Of a stretch of 64,000 bases of DNA, positions 1 through 12,345 are shown piece after piece. Position 1 is the first letter of the stretch. Each line of letters opens with the position of its first letter. Location of the stretch: positions 15,377-79,376 of the forward strand of contig CAYRCM010000003.1 of NCBI GenBank assembly GCA_964422715.1. Reading direction: 5' to 3'. The position numbers and the translations under genes were made by a program. Under the pieces are notes generated by a model that worked only from the letters and a program-made list of their open reading frames with translations, was not told the DNA's origin and did no database searches. The stretch is from an uncultured Myxococcales bacterium. GTDB lineage: Bacteria; Myxococcota_A; UBA9042; PWKZ01; CAYRCM01.

Positions 1-473
1 AGAACGAAGCGAGCACGGTGACGGGCCCGTTGCCGGCCCGCAGCGCGCGCACCGGCCAGCGCAAGACGGCCTGCGCTTCCGACTCGGCCAGGGACGAATC
101 CCCCTTGCGAACCTTGGGTTTTAGCGATTCAACGGCCGCTCCGGGGGCAGGCTTGGCCCGGAAGGCCGTCGGGTACTCGACGTTCCATTTCAGCCCCGCG
201 GCCGGGCGCAGCGTGAACGTGACGACACCCTCGGCGCCGGCCGCGAGCGGCGGGGCCTCGACCGACACCGAAAACAGCGCGGCCGGGTCGCCGGAGGCCT
301 CGGGGCCTTGCGCATCGGCCGTCTTCTTCTCGCAGCCGCCAACGAGCAGGCCGAGGGCCACGACGAGCGCCAGCAGCCGCGCCACGATTCGCGGCGCGCG
401 CCGTTGGGCCGTGCTTCGCGCGAGCGGCCACCGGGGGCGGTTATGGGCAGAACCGAGAGCCAAGCGGCAAGTC
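1..473 (-). CDS. Lipoprotein, 5'-partial in window (gene start at 473, runs off the left edge)
   Basis: Reverse-strand ATG at 471-473 opens a frame with high GC3. Signal peptide with lipobox (…LLALVVALGLLVGGC EKK…). No stop codon before the window edge, so it is absent from the ORF track. Translated by eye. Confidence 0.5.
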
Positions 474-607
474 TGGAAACGCATCCCTTTTCTCCGTGAC
501 CGCCCAGCCCGCGACGGCGGCCGTCCCCGATGTACCAGAAGCACGCGGGGCGTGCAAACCCCGCCGACAAGCCCGCCGGGCTTGAAAACGTGGCCGGCGC
601 GGCGCTC

Positions 608-636
608 TTGACGGGCGAGCGACGAGAGACGACAAT
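608..636 (+). promoter_or_regulatory. Sigma70-like promoter candidate (TTGACG-N17-GACAAT) upstream of the 685 gene
   Basis: TTGACG at 608-613 and GACAAT at 631-636 with a 17-nt spacer, about 49 nt upstream of the ATG at 685, in a divergent intergenic region. Confidence 0.3.
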
Positions 637-684
637 CGCGCCCGTTTCGGGTGCTGCGCGCCGCGCACATCCAGCGGGGGTCCG

Positions 685-1353
685 GTGGCGCTTTCCTCTA
701 CCACAACGCGTGTGCTCGTCACCATCGGGGTGTTTGTCGCGGGCTTTGGCGTGGGCCTGGGGCTCGTGCTGCTCATCGCCGGACGCATGGCCCCCGCACC
801 GCCCGCGGCCCAGCCCGCCGCGGCACCCGCTGCGGTCGCAGAGCCCGCCGCACCACCTGCGGCGCCTGCCGGTGCCGCTGCCGTGGCCGCTCCCGATGCA
901 GGCAGCCCCTCTGACGTCGCCAGCCCCGGGGCCGCGGCTGCGCCCTCCCCGGCGGGTGGCGCTGCCGAGGTCACGCTCGATCCCGTCGAGACCCCGCCGG
1001 CCGCCGCCGCCGCCGCCCCCGCGGCTCTGCCGCCCGACGCTCCCTGGTGGCAGCGCGCGGTGGGGCACGAATGCCGCGTGGTCCTGGGGCGCGTGAACGT
1101 CCTCCAGATTCGCGACGGCTCCCTCACCCCCGACGCCGTCGTCGACTGGCAGCGCGATTTTGGCAACCGGCCCAAGGCCGGCCGGCTCGTGGCTTCCGAC
1201 CGGCCCAAGGTCCTCGTGCACGCCGTGGCACTCGATAGCGAAGGGCTGCCCATCGCAGCCGAGATTACGTCTCGCGGGGCGGGCGCCGAGATTCGTGGCG
1301 TGATCTGCCTGCGCATCGGCACCCAGAACATCCAGCTCGAACCCATCGACTGA
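685..1353 (+). CDS. Hypothetical membrane-anchored protein: N-terminal TM helix, Ala/Pro-rich linker, C-terminal globular domain
   Basis: 222-aa ORF with coding-like GC3. The hydrophobic segment (VLVTIGVFVAGFGVGLGLVLLIAG) is followed by a PAAP-rich low-complexity stretch. The overlapping minus ORFs are Arg/Gly-rich and artifact-like. Confidence 0.55.
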   Translation: MALSSTTTRVLVTIGVFVAGFGVGLGLVLLIAGRMAPAPPAAQPAAAPAAVAEPAAPPAAPAGAAAVAAPDAGSPSDVASPGAAAAPSPAGGAAEVTLDPVETPPAAAAAAPAALPPDAPWWQRAVGHECRVVLGRVNVLQIRDGSLTPDAVVDWQRDFGNRPKAGRLVASDRPKVLVHAVALDSEGLPIAAEITSRGAGAEIRGVICLRIGTQNIQLEPID

Positions 1354-1612
1354 GAGGCTGCGAGAAAATCCCCGTCCTGCTGCTGCGGCCCTGCCGGTCG
1401 TCTGCTGCGTCCCGGGGACTCCCGAAACTCTGCGCCGTATCCATGGATACGCCTCGGGTTTCGTGCCCCCCGTTTCTCGCATTCGTTCCGGCAGGGACGC
1501 GCCTCGCGACGAACGTCGACATCCTCACAGCCACTGAGTCCGCCCGCAGCCGGTCGTCCACCGGCCTGGTTCAGGCGGCGGCCGGCCTGGCGCGTCGAGG
1601 GCGTGAGCGGCG

Positions 1613-3964
<2,352 letters not shown>

Positions 3965-4018
3965 GCGCGGTTTCCGGTGTGACGACGATGCGTTAGAGGT
4001 GCGTTCGCGGGTCGTGGG

Positions 4019-5272
4019 CTAGGCCGTTTCCTGGCGTTCCTTCTCGTAGACGAGCAGCGGCTCGCCTCCCGAGGCGATCGCGTCCGCGTTGAGGACCACT
4101 TCCCGGACCCCATGCTTCGAAGGCAGTTCGTACATGATGTCGAGCATGGCGTTTTCGAGTATGGAACGCAGACCGCGGGCCCCGCTCTTGCGCTCGACAG
4201 CCTTCTGCGCGATGGCCTTGAGGGCGTCGGGCGTGAACGTCAGTTTGGACCCGTCCAACTCGAGCAGCTTCTGGTACTGCTTGACGAGCGAGTTGCGCGG
4301 CTCGGTGAGGATGCGGACAAGCGCTTCTTCGGTCAGTTCATGCAGACTCGCGATGATGGGCACGCGGCCCACGAATTCGGGAATCATACCGAACTTCAAC
4401 AGGTCCTCCGGTTGGACCTGCGAAAGCACTTCACCGATGGGCCGCTCGGTGCGGCGTTCGACGTTGGCGCCGAACCCGAGGCTCTTGGACCCGACGCGGC
4501 GTTCGATGATCTTTTCGAGCCCGTGAAAGGCCCCGCCGCAGATGAAGAGGATGTTCGTTGTGTCGACGCGCAGGAAGTCTTGCTGCGGGTGTTTGCGTCC
4601 GCCCTTCGGGGGCACGTTGGCCATGGTGCCCTCGATGATTTTCAGCAGCGCCTGTTGCACGCCCTCGCCGCTCACGTCGCGCGTGATGGACGGGTTTTCG
4701 CTCTTGCGTGCGACCTTGTCGATTTCGTCGATGTAGACGATGCCTCGCTGCGCCGCCTCGACGTCGTAGTCGGCGTTTTGCAGCAGGCTGACGATGATGT
4801 TCTCGACGTCTTCGCCCACGTAGCCGGCTTCGGTCAGGGTCGTGGCATCGGCCATGGCAAACGGCACGCGCAGGATGCGCGCCAACGTCTGGGCGAGCAG
4901 CGTCTTGCCGCAGCCGGTGGGCCCGAGCAGCAGGATGTTGCTCTTCTGCAACTCGACCGGGTCGCCGCGTTCGGGGTCGGACTCGATACGCTTGTAGTGG
5001 TTGTACACCGCCACCGACAGGGTCTTTTTCGCACGCTCCTGCTCAATGACGTATTCGTCGAGAACCTGACGGATTTCGCGCGGTTTTGGCAGGGAGTGCA
5101 GCCCCGGCTGGCGCTCGTCCTTCTCGATTTCTTCGGCGATGATGTCGTTGCACAACCCGATGCACTCGTCGCAGATGTACACCGTCGGGCCCGCGATGAG
5201 CTTCCGGACTTCCTTCTGGCTTTTGCCGCAGAACGAACAGCACAGGTTGTTGCTGTCGCGCCGTCTGTCCAC
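4019..5272 (-). CDS. clpX: ATP-dependent Clp protease ATP-binding subunit ClpX
   Basis: N-terminal C4 zinc-binding motif (CSFCGK…CDECI). Walker [19 protein letters not shown]. Walker [10 protein letters not shown]. 417 aa. Confidence 0.97.
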   Translation of the reverse strand: MDRRRDSNNLCCSFCGKSQKEVRKLIAGPTVYICDECIGLCNDIIAEEIEKDERQPGLHSLPKPREIRQVLDEYVIEQERAKKTLSVAVYNHYKRIESDPERGDPVELQKSNILLLGPTGCGKTLLAQTLARILRVPFAMADATTLTEAGYVGEDVENIIVSLLQNADYDVEAAQRGIVYIDEIDKVARKSENPSITRDVSGEGVQQALLKIIEGTMANVPPKGGRKHPQQDFLRVDTTNILFICGGAFHGLEKIIERRVGSKSLGFGANVERRTERPIGEVLSQVQPEDLLKFGMIPEFVGRVPIIASLHELTEEALVRILTEPRNSLVKQYQKLLELDGSKLTFTPDALKAIAQKAVERKSGARGLRSILENAMLDIMYELPSKHGVREVVLNADAIASGGEPLLVYEKERQETA

Positions 5273-5440
5273 GATGGGCTCCTCGGAGTTAGCAGGCCCC
5301 AGGCATGGCCTGGCGCCTCGCGTTCAACGCCCTCACCTTAGAACCAAGCCCTCGGCTTGTCCACTCCCGCGGGGCGCTTCGCGCACTGCATCGCGTCGCA
5401 CGCGGGGTCCGCGGGCGCCGCCAAGTTCGGCTCCGCCGCG

Positions 5441-6067
5441 CTAGCGCTTGGCAGGCTCGAGTTTGGTCACGGGCGGTGTGGCCGCACCCCGCACGATGAC
5501 TTCGTCGATGAGGCCGTAGTCACGCGCCTGGTCGGCGCTCATGTAGTAGTCACGGTCGGTGTCCTCGCGGATGCGCTCGAGACTCTGGCCCGTGTGCTTT
5601 GCCAGCAGGCCGGTGAGAATGTCTTTCAACTGCAGGATTTCGCGGGCCTGGATGTCGATGTCGGCGGCCTGACCCGAAAACCCACCGAGCGGCTGATGAA
5701 TGAGCATGCGGGCGTGAGGCAGGCTCGAACGCTTGCCCTTCGCGCCCGCCGCGAGCAGCAGGGCCCCCATAGACGCCGCCTGGCCAACACAAATGGTGTG
5801 AATGGGGCAGCGGATGTACTGCATGGTGTCGTAGATGGCGAGCCCCGCGCTGACCGACCCTCCCGGCGAGTTGATGTAGATGAAGATGTCCTTGTCGGGG
5901 TCTTCGGATTCGAGGAACAGGAGTTGGGCGATGACCACGTTCGCCACCATGTCCTCGATGGGCGTGCCGAGAAAGATGATGCGGTCTTTCAGCAGGCGCG
6001 AGTAGATGCTCCACTCACGTTCGCCGCGGTGCGTTTGCTCGATGACCGTCGGGACCCACCAGGTCAT
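5441..6067 (-). CDS. clpP: ATP-dependent Clp protease proteolytic subunit ClpP
   Basis: 208 aa with the catalytic Ser context GQAASMGA, plus His and Asp motifs. Canonical position between tig and clpX. Confidence 0.97.
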   Translation of the reverse strand: MTWWVPTVIEQTHRGEREWSIYSRLLKDRIIFLGTPIEDMVANVVIAQLLFLESEDPDKDIFIYINSPGGSVSAGLAIYDTMQYIRCPIHTICVGQAASMGALLLAAGAKGKRSSLPHARMLIHQPLGGFSGQAADIDIQAREILQLKDILTGLLAKHTGQSLERIREDTDRDYYMSADQARDYGLIDEVIVRGAATPPVTKLEPAKR

Positions 6068-6091
6068 AGTCGGACTCCTTCGGAAGCGTCG

Positions 6092-7510
6092 CTAGGCGTT
6101 CGGCGCATCGTCGCCGGGGTCACCGGGAACGGCCACGGGTTCGGCGGCGGCCTCGGGCGCAGCCGCAGGGGCTTCGCTCACGGCCTCGCTCGGGCCCGCC
6201 GCGATGTCGGCGACCGCGGGCGCACCCGCCTGAGCCGCGTTCTGTGCGGCGCGCGTCAGCAGGAAGTCGAGGGTGCGCCGTTCGAGCAGATTGATGGCCA
6301 AATCGGTGCGTGCATCGCCCCGGAGCCGGGCCCGGGCGTGGGCGACGTTCTGGCCGCTCGCGCGCGCGAAGCGCTCGATTTCTTGGTCGAGCAACTCGTC
6401 GGTGACGGTGATGCCCTCGGCGCTGGCCACGGCTTCGAGCAGCAGATGCCGGCGGATTTCCCGCCGCGCCCGGTCTTCGAACAGTTCGCGATTGCTTTCG
6501 AAGCCCTGGCGCAGCGTCTGGACCCCCTCCTTGGACTCAGAGAAGCGCTCGGCGATGCTCTGGATGAGGATCTGTGCACGCTCGCTCACGTACTGCTCCG
6601 GCAGGTCAAACGGATTGGCCTCGGACAGCAGTTCGATGAGCCGTTCTTCACGCTTCTGGCGGTCGGCCTGGATGTGACCGGCCTCGATGCGCGCCCGCAC
6701 GAGTTGGCGCAGGTTGTCGAGATTCTCGGCGCCGAGGTCGGCCGCGAATTCGTCGTTGAGCGCAGGCAGCACCTTGCGCCCGAGCGCCTTGACGTGCACG
6801 GCGAACGTGGCGGTCTTGCCGACGAATTCTGCCGGCGCCTCTTGCTCGCTGAGCACGGTCTCGATGGAAAGGTCGCTGCCGACGGTGGCCCCGACCAGCC
6901 GATCTTCGATGGCTGCCGGCAGCCGCCCCTGCCCGAGTTCGACCTGCACGTCCTCGCGCGAGCCGCCGGGGAACGGAGCGCCTTCGATGTTCCCGCGCCA
7001 GTCGACGGTCACGACGGACCCGATGTCGGCCTTGGCCAGCGGGTCGTCTTCTGCGACGACCTGCGCCTTGGCCTGGCGCAGCCGTTCGAGTTCGGCATCG
7101 ACATCGGCGTCGTTCACGGTCGCGACCTCGGGCGAGAGGGCGATGTCCTGGTAGCCCTTGACCTCGACCTGCGGCTTGATTTCGCAGCGGAACCGGAAGC
7201 GGAAGGGCTCACCCGGGACCAGGTCGTCGACTTCCATCTCGGGCTCGGAAAGCACGCGGAGCCCGTGCTCGGCCAGCACGCGAGGATAGGCGGCCTTGAC
7301 GAGTGCCACGGCCGCTTCGGCCCGCACGGTGGTGGCGAATTTCTTCTCGATCAGCGCACGGGGGGCCTTGCCCGGCCGGAAGCCCGGAATGACCGAGTGC
7401 TTCGCAACAACTCGAAACTGCTTGTCGATTTCCAGATCGACCGCACTCGGGGGGATCTCGACCGACACCTTCGCGACGGAGCCGCTGACCTTCTCGACCT
7501 CGACCTTCAT
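6092..7510 (-). CDS. tig: Trigger factor (ribosome-associated chaperone and PPIase) with an Ala/Pro-rich C-terminal tail
   Basis: N-terminal ribosome-binding region (…GFRPGKAPR…), a PPIase domain and a C-terminal arm. 472 aa, with about 40 aa of low-complexity extension. Confidence 0.93.
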   Translation of the reverse strand: MKVEVEKVSGSVAKVSVEIPPSAVDLEIDKQFRVVAKHSVIPGFRPGKAPRALIEKKFATTVRAEAAVALVKAAYPRVLAEHGLRVLSEPEMEVDDLVPGEPFRFRFRCEIKPQVEVKGYQDIALSPEVATVNDADVDAELERLRQAKAQVVAEDDPLAKADIGSVVTVDWRGNIEGAPFPGGSREDVQVELGQGRLPAAIEDRLVGATVGSDLSIETVLSEQEAPAEFVGKTATFAVHVKALGRKVLPALNDEFAADLGAENLDNLRQLVRARIEAGHIQADRQKREERLIELLSEANPFDLPEQYVSERAQILIQSIAERFSESKEGVQTLRQGFESNRELFEDRARREIRRHLLLEAVASAEGITVTDELLDQEIERFARASGQNVAHARARLRGDARTDLAINLLERRTLDFLLTRAAQNAAQAGAPAVADIAAGPSEAVSEAPAAAPEAAAEPVAVPGDPGDDAPNA

Positions 7511-7740
7511 GCGCTACCCCGTGATGCACCGCCGGCGACCGGAGGAGCCGGCCAGATGGATGAAGGGCTGCCACGGTGCGGTGGCTGTGGTGCGGGCCCG
7601 CAGGATGCGGCGAGCCGCGTTGAGGAACTCAAAGGAAGGCGCTCGAACGGCCAGAGGCGCCTCGAAGCTGCGCATCGAACCCGACGAGCCCGCTCGATGG
7701 CCACGGCCCGTCGCGACGAAGACCTGCGCCCTGTTTCGCC

Positions 7741-7822
7741 GGTGCGAGAGGGGGGACTCGAACCCCCACGGTTGCCCGCTGGAACCTAAATCCAGTGCGT
7801 CTACCAGTTCCGCCACCCTCGC
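7741..7822 (-). tRNA. tRNA-Leu (anticodon TAG), long variable arm
   Basis: Reverse complement reads GCGAGGG-T-G…CTGGA-TTTAGGT-TCCAG…GGTTCGAGTCCCC…CCTCTCGC-A-CC. The cloverleaf was folded by eye, with anticodon loop TTTAGGT. Confidence 0.8.
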
Positions 7823-7863
7823 AGGACGAAGCAGCGCCCGCAAGGCGGGAACTGCGATTGGCG

Positions 7864-7939
7864 TGGTGAGCGCGGAAGGAATCGAACCTTCAACCCACGG
7901 ATTAAGAGTCCGTTGCTCTGCCAGTTGAGCTACGCGCCC
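7864..7939 (-). tRNA. tRNA-Lys (anticodon CTT)
   Basis: Reverse complement reads GGGCGCG-TA-GCTCAACTGGCAGAGC…ACGGA-CTCTTAA-TCCGT…GGTTCGATTCC…CGCGCTC-A-CCA, with CCA encoded. Confidence 0.85.
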
Positions 7940-7980
7940 GACACAAGGAACAAAAACGATCGGCATCCGGCGACGCCACT

Positions 7981-8055
7981 GTACGCCCGGCAGGATTCGA
8001 ACCTGCGGCCTTCGGATTCGAAGTCCGGCGCTCTATCCACCTGAGCTACGGGCGC
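7981..8055 (-). tRNA. tRNA-Arg (anticodon TCG)
   Basis: Reverse complement reads GCGCCCG-TA-GCTCAGGTGGATAGAGC…CCGGA-CTTCGAA-TCCGA…GGTTCGAATCC…CGGGCGT-A. There is one C·A mismatch at the top of the anticodon stem. Confidence 0.75.
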
Positions 8056-8128
8056 CTGTGTCAATGAACGACCGCCGCGTCGAGGAACGGCGTCATGGCC
8101 CCGCCCGACTCCCCCACGCGCCCCAGAG

Positions 8129-8204
<76 letters not shown>

Positions 8205-8247
8205 CGACGCGCTCGAGCTGGGGTGCGAACCCCCAAAACGGGCGCTG

Positions 8248-8275
8248 AGTGTAGCATCGGATCGGCGCTTGTCAA
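8248..8275 (-). promoter_or_regulatory. Candidate sigma70-like promoter for the tRNA cluster (minus strand TTGACA-N16-TACACT)
   Basis: Reverse complement of 8270-8275 is TTGACA and of 8248-8253 is TACACT, about 44 nt upstream of the 5' end of tRNA-Arg(TCT). Confidence 0.3.
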
Positions 8276-8454
8276 GCGCGATTCGCGGCCCTTTCGCGCC
8301 ACGGGTCGACGCCGCGGCGGGAAAACGCCTCCCGGCTTGCCCCACACCCGCGCCTGCCCCTATCATCGCGGCCGAGACGCACGCGCGGGCCGCGCGCCGC
8401 GCCGGCCCGATTCGCGCGGTGCCGCGCGCGCCGCATCGCGGGGAGAGCCAATCG

Positions 8455-8948
8455 TGGGCGACACCGAACAACCGAGCGCTGCTGCGCCGTCCGCCAAGAC
8501 CCAGGCCGCGGGCCCGTTGCGACGGGTGCGCGCCGTGCTCGCGCCGTCGGCCATCGCCCTCCAAGCGCTCGCCGGCATCTCCGGCACGGCCGTGGCCGGC
8601 GTCGCCGGGCTGCGCGACTGGTACATGCACCTCAGCATGCACGGCATTCTGCTCGTGTTCGTCCTGCTCTACGTGCAGGCGCACCAAAGAGGGCGGCGTT
8701 TCGGGCGCGCCTTCGAGTTGTTCATCAACCTGCTGCTCAACGCCTTCTTCGTCGCCATGCTCATCGACCGGGCGGCCCCAGTGCAGGTGTTCGTCGAGGG
8801 AGCGCTGCGCTGGCGCGAGGCCATCCCCCTGTTTTTCCTGCCGATCGGGCTCATGGGGCTGTCCATGCTGGCGTTGGTGCTCCACTGGGCATTCGTTCCC
8901 GTGCGCCGCGCGCCGACCGACACCGCCCCGCCGAAGGCGTCTGCCTGA
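8455..8948 (+). CDS. Small integral membrane protein (hypothetical, 3-4 TM helices)
   Basis: The 8058 ORF overlaps the tRNA genes. The plausible start is GTG at 8455, after a GGGGAGAG Shine-Dalgarno sequence. High GC3. Hydrophobic helices (HGILLVFVLLYV; FINLLLNAFFVAML; LFFLPIGLMGLSMLALVLHWAF). Confidence 0.5.
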
Positions 8949-9039
8949 CCCGTTCTCTGCCGCAAGTGGGCTGGCCGCGCGAGCGGGCCGAGCCCGGCGG
9001 GCGCCGGGCCGGCCGGGCCGAGGGCCACGCGTTGGCCGG

Positions 9040-10650
9040 CTACGGTTTGGCTGCGGGCGCTGAGCCGGCCGCCGCAGCGTCCGGTTCTGGGGCGGCCGGC
9101 GCGTGCAGCAGGCGTCCGAGCTCGGTCTTGGCGGCCGCGCTCGTCGTCGCGACGGCCGCGCGCCGCGCGGCGCGTTCGTAGCGCGTGGGCTGCAGCCCGG
9201 CGTGCAGGCTGAGCACCGTGGCGATGGCGACCACCGCCGCCGTGGCCGGGGAGCGCAGCAGCGGCGCTGGCTCGCCCGCGGGTTCGCGGAAGTACATGTA
9301 GAGGGTGACGCGCAGGTAGTAGTAGGCCGCGATGGCGCTGTTGACGACGCCCACGATCACGAGCCACAGCCACTTGCCCCCGTCGGCCGCGAGCGCGTCG
9401 GAAAACACGCGGTACTTCGCATAGAAGCCGGCGAGCGGCGGCACCCCGGCCAGCGACAGCAGGCACACGGTGAGCCCGGCGGCGAGCACGGGATGGCGCT
9501 TGCCGAGGCCCGCGAACTGTTCGAGATCGGCGTTTTCCTGCCCGTTCTTGGCGAGCAGCGCCACGACCGCAAACGCGCCCAGGTTCGCAAGCGCGTAGGC
9601 GAACAGGTAGTAGAAGGTCCCGGACCCCGGCACCGTGAATGCCAGGCCGTTGCCTGCAAAGCGTTCGGGGCCGACGAGCCCGACGAGCAGGTAGCCCGCA
9701 TGCGCGATGCTGGAGTAGGCCAGCATGCGCTTGACGTTGTGCTGCGAGAGCGCGCTCAGATTGCCGACGAACATGGACAGCGTCGCCAGGATGGCGATGG
9801 CCGAGTGCGGCGGCAGCGGCAAGGCGCGGAATCCCGGGGCGTCGAAGGCCACGAAGAACACGCGGATGAACGCGGCGAAACTGGCCGCCTTGACCGCCGT
9901 GGCCATGAACCCCGTGATGGGCGAGAGCGCCCCCTCGTAGACGTCAGGGGTCCACATATGGAAGGGCACCGCAGCGATTTTGAAGGAGAAGCCGACGAGC
10001 AGCAGCAGCGCCGCGACGTAGGGCAGGCTCACCGCCGACTCGGGTGGATGCGCCACGAAGTATTGGCCGAGCGCTTCGAGGTCGAACAGCCCCGTGGCGC
10101 CGTAGAGCAGGGCCATGCCGTAGAGCAGGATGGCCGACGAGAACGCGCCGAGCACGAAGTACTTGAGCGCCGACTCGACCGCGCGCGGCGATTGTCGCTT
10201 GAAGCCCGTGAGCACGTAGGCCGATAGCGACATGATTTCGAGACCGACGATGAGCACGAAGACGTGCCGCGCCATGGCCATGACGAGCATGCCGACGAGC
10301 GCGAAGCTGACGAGGCTGTAGTACTCCCCGTGGTCGCAATCGTTTTCGCCGAGGTGGTCGGCACTCATCACGACGACGAGGGCGCCGCAGCCGAGCGCCA
10401 GGGCCGTCCAGAAGAGCCCGAAGGGGCCGACGAGGAACATGTCGCTCAGAAACGGCGTCTGCAGCGCGACTTCGCCGCGGCGCCAGAGCCACCACGTGGC
10501 AACGCCGGCGACGGCATAGGCCGCGGCGCTCATCCAGGCCAGGTAGGCCTTGCTGCCCTGGCGCACGAAGGCGCCGATGAGCAGGCACACCAGCCCGCAG
10601 CCGGCCACGATGAGGAGAGGCGACAGATGGAGCAGATCCGTTAGCAGCAT
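9040..10650 (-). CDS. nuoN: NADH-quinone oxidoreductase subunit N
   Basis: 536-aa polytopic antiporter-like subunit, last gene after nuoM. Typical NuoN N-terminus (MLLTDLLHLSPLLIVAG…). Confidence 0.9.
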   Translation of the reverse strand: MLLTDLLHLSPLLIVAGCGLVCLLIGAFVRQGSKAYLAWMSAAAYAVAGVATWWLWRRGEVALQTPFLSDMFLVGPFGLFWTALALGCGALVVVMSADHLGENDCDHGEYYSLVSFALVGMLVMAMARHVFVLIVGLEIMSLSAYVLTGFKRQSPRAVESALKYFVLGAFSSAILLYGMALLYGATGLFDLEALGQYFVAHPPESAVSLPYVAALLLLVGFSFKIAAVPFHMWTPDVYEGALSPITGFMATAVKAASFAAFIRVFFVAFDAPGFRALPLPPHSAIAILATLSMFVGNLSALSQHNVKRMLAYSSIAHAGYLLVGLVGPERFAGNGLAFTVPGSGTFYYLFAYALANLGAFAVVALLAKNGQENADLEQFAGLGKRHPVLAAGLTVCLLSLAGVPPLAGFYAKYRVFSDALAADGGKWLWLVIVGVVNSAIAAYYYLRVTLYMYFREPAGEPAPLLRSPATAAVVAIATVLSLHAGLQPTRYERAARRAAVATTSAAAKTELGRLLHAPAAPEPDAAAAGSAPAAKP

Positions 10651-10662
10651 CGCAGGCTCTCC

Positions 10663-12321
10663 CTACTCGCCGGGCCGATCGCCGGCGGTCTGCGCCTGCA
10701 TGCGGCGCTGGTGTTCCCAGACGGCGATGGCCCCGGGCGCGCGGTGGAGCAACACGGGCGTGCGATAGGCGTTGACGTAGGCGCGCACCGAGGCCTCGGT
10801 CTTGGACAGCAGCACGTTCGGTGCAAGCCCGATGAGGAAAATGAGCGCGAGAATGGGCAGCAGCACGATGCGTTCGCGCCAGCTGAGGTCGGGCAGCGCG
10901 CGGTTCTCGGCGTGCGTGACGGGGCCGAACATGACGCGCCGGTACATCGTGAGCATGTACACGGCCCCCAGGATGACCCCGGCCGTCGCGAGCACCCCCA
11001 TGGAAACGCCGAAGACGCGCCAGAAGAGCTCGGGCTGGAAGCCGCTGCCCGAGCCGATGGGCGCCATGAGACCGTCACGGAAGGTGCCGGCCAGAATGAG
11101 AAACTCGCCGACGAAGCCGTTCGTGCCCGGCAAGCCGATAGACGACAGCGTGACGATCATGAACGCCACCGCAAAGGCGGGCATGATGCGCGCCAACCCA
11201 CCGAAATCGGACATGTTACGCGTGTGGCGGCGTTCGTAGAGCATGCCGACGAGGAGGAACAGCGCGCCCGTGGAGAGGCCGTGGTTGACCATCTGCAGCA
11301 GGCTGCCCGACACCGCCGATTCGGTCATGGCGAAGAGCCCGAGCATGACGAAGCCGAGGTGGCTGACCGACGAGTACGCGACGAGTTTCTTGATGTCTTC
11401 CTGGGCGTACGCCGTGAACGCGCCGTACAGGATGCCGATGACCGCGAGCCCCATCATGACCGGTGAGGCGGCGCCGCACGCCTGCGGGAAGAGCGGAATG
11501 GCGAACCGCACGAAGCCGTAGGTGCCGAGTTTCAGCAGCACGCCGGCGAGGATGACGGAACCCGGCGTGGGGGCTTCGACGTGCGCGTCGGGCAGCCACG
11601 TGTGGAACGGGAAGACCGGCACCTTGATGGCGAATGAGAGCGCGAAGGCCGAGAAGAGCAGCATCTGCTCGGTGAACGAAAGTTGCCCGCCGCCGACGAA
11701 ATCGAGGATCTGGACGAGGCCGAACGTGCTGCTGCCGGTCTTCACGTACAGGTAGAGGATGGCGGCCAGCATGAGCACGCTGCCGAACATGGTGTAGATG
11801 AAGAACTTCACGGCGGCGTAGACGCGGCGCGGCCCGCCCCAGATGCCGATGATGAGGTACATGGGAACGAGCATGAGTTCCCAGAAGACGTAGAAGAGGA
11901 AGAGGTCGATGGCGATGAGGGCGCCGAGCATGCCGGTTTCGAGCAGCAGCATGCAGATGACGAATTCCTTGACGCGGTCGCCGATGGCCCGCACGGCCCC
12001 GAGCAGCGTGAGCGGCGTGAGGAACGTGGTGAGCAGCACGAGCAGCAGGCTCAAACCATCGACGCCGAGCACGTAGCGGATGGAATGGCCGATCCAGGAA
12101 TGGTCTTCGACGAACTGGAACCCTGCAAACTGACTGTCGAAACCGACCCACAGCAGCAGGGATGCGGCGAACACGGCGAGCGCGACGCCGAGCCCCAGAG
12201 CGCGCACGAGCCCCGCGTGGGCCCGCGGCACGAGCGCCACGAGCGCCGCCCCCGCGAGCGGGCCGGCAAGAATGAGCGTGAGAATCGGGAACGACGAGTG
12301 CTGCAATTCCATGGGCGTCAC
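10663..12321 (-). CDS. nuoM: NADH-quinone oxidoreductase subunit M
   Basis: 552-aa Mrp-antiporter-like subunit (…FYVFWELMLVPMYLIIGIWGG…). Sits between nuoL and nuoN. Confidence 0.95.
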   Translation of the reverse strand: MTPMELQHSSFPILTLILAGPLAGAALVALVPRAHAGLVRALGLGVALAVFAASLLLWVGFDSQFAGFQFVEDHSWIGHSIRYVLGVDGLSLLLVLLTTFLTPLTLLGAVRAIGDRVKEFVICMLLLETGMLGALIAIDLFLFYVFWELMLVPMYLIIGIWGGPRRVYAAVKFFIYTMFGSVLMLAAILYLYVKTGSSTFGLVQILDFVGGGQLSFTEQMLLFSAFALSFAIKVPVFPFHTWLPDAHVEAPTPGSVILAGVLLKLGTYGFVRFAIPLFPQACGAASPVMMGLAVIGILYGAFTAYAQEDIKKLVAYSSVSHLGFVMLGLFAMTESAVSGSLLQMVNHGLSTGALFLLVGMLYERRHTRNMSDFGGLARIMPAFAVAFMIVTLSSIGLPGTNGFVGEFLILAGTFRDGLMAPIGSGSGFQPELFWRVFGVSMGVLATAGVILGAVYMLTMYRRVMFGPVTHAENRALPDLSWRERIVLLPILALIFLIGLAPNVLLSKTEASVRAYVNAYRTPVLLHRAPGAIAVWEHQRRMQAQTAGDRPGE

Positions 12322-12345
12322 GCTTCCCTGCGCGCGGTGCGCGGC

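Noticed and set aside
190-1482. 430-aa minus-strand ORF overlapping the 685-1353 gene and the partial lipoprotein
   Set aside because: Its frame differs from the lipoprotein frame, which was identified by signal peptide and lipobox. Its translation is Arg/Gly-rich.
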